IMG/VR virus record: IMGVR_UViG_3300044472_000046
Location: 1-25,870 of that record
Source: a virus
Lineage: Duplodnaviria > Caudoviricetes
DNA length: 25,870 nucleotides
Reading direction: 5' to 3' (one strand)
Positions 25,843-25,870 of the stretch are shown piece after piece. Both the position numbers and the translations under genes were made by a program. The notes under the pieces were generated by a model that was not told where the DNA came from, made no database searches, and saw only the letters and a program-made list of their open reading frames with translations. Positions within the stretch are counted from its first letter, which is position 1. Every line of letters begins with the position of its first letter.

Positions 25843-25870
25843 CGTCGGTCTCCATGTGCGGCCGCGCCGC

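Larger units (their letters stand above)
1..25870 (-). mobile_element. Phage/prophage virion morphogenesis module (podovirus-type: terminase, portal, capsid, adaptors, nozzle, ejection proteins)
   Basis: Contiguous minus-strand genes with many ATGA/TGATG/TAATG overlaps. Terminase, portal and capsid motifs are recognisable. No tape measure, tail tube or sheath gene. No att site or integrase in the window, so phage versus prophage cannot be decided. Confidence 0.95.

Overview
The whole window is the virion-morphogenesis region of a GC-rich short-tailed (podovirus-type) dsDNA phage or prophage, with every real gene on the minus strand. Reading from 25870 down, the order is: small hypothetical, large terminase, intrinsic terminator, portal, a ~5.8 kb accessory block, small conserved head gene, scaffold, major capsid, two adaptor-type genes, fibre-like genes, tail nozzle, tail spike, GNAT-like protein, three small and two large ejection/internal proteins. 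The accessory block holds a SAM methyltransferase fused to a Maf/DUF115-like glycosyltransferase domain, four small beta/chaperone-like proteins, a glycine-rich adhesin-like protein and a 17-repeat protein. The last ejection gene (<1..2526, at least 842 aa) runs off the window and is missing from the ORF track. Gene order and motifs resemble 933W/phi24B-like and Bcep22-like podoviruses; this is from recollection, not a search. Highlights: (1) a candidate modular, glycosylated fibre system built on a shared PxxGxLxLxGxAP repeat found in three structural proteins and partly in the enzyme; (2) a small basic gene with its own AAGGAG RBS overprinted in another frame inside the large ejection gene; (3) the nozzle gene is broken by one in-frame TAA within an inserted lectin-like domain; (4) a sigma70-like leaderless promoter downstream of the accessory block. 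No integrase, lysis, tRNA, CRISPR or DGR genes were seen.
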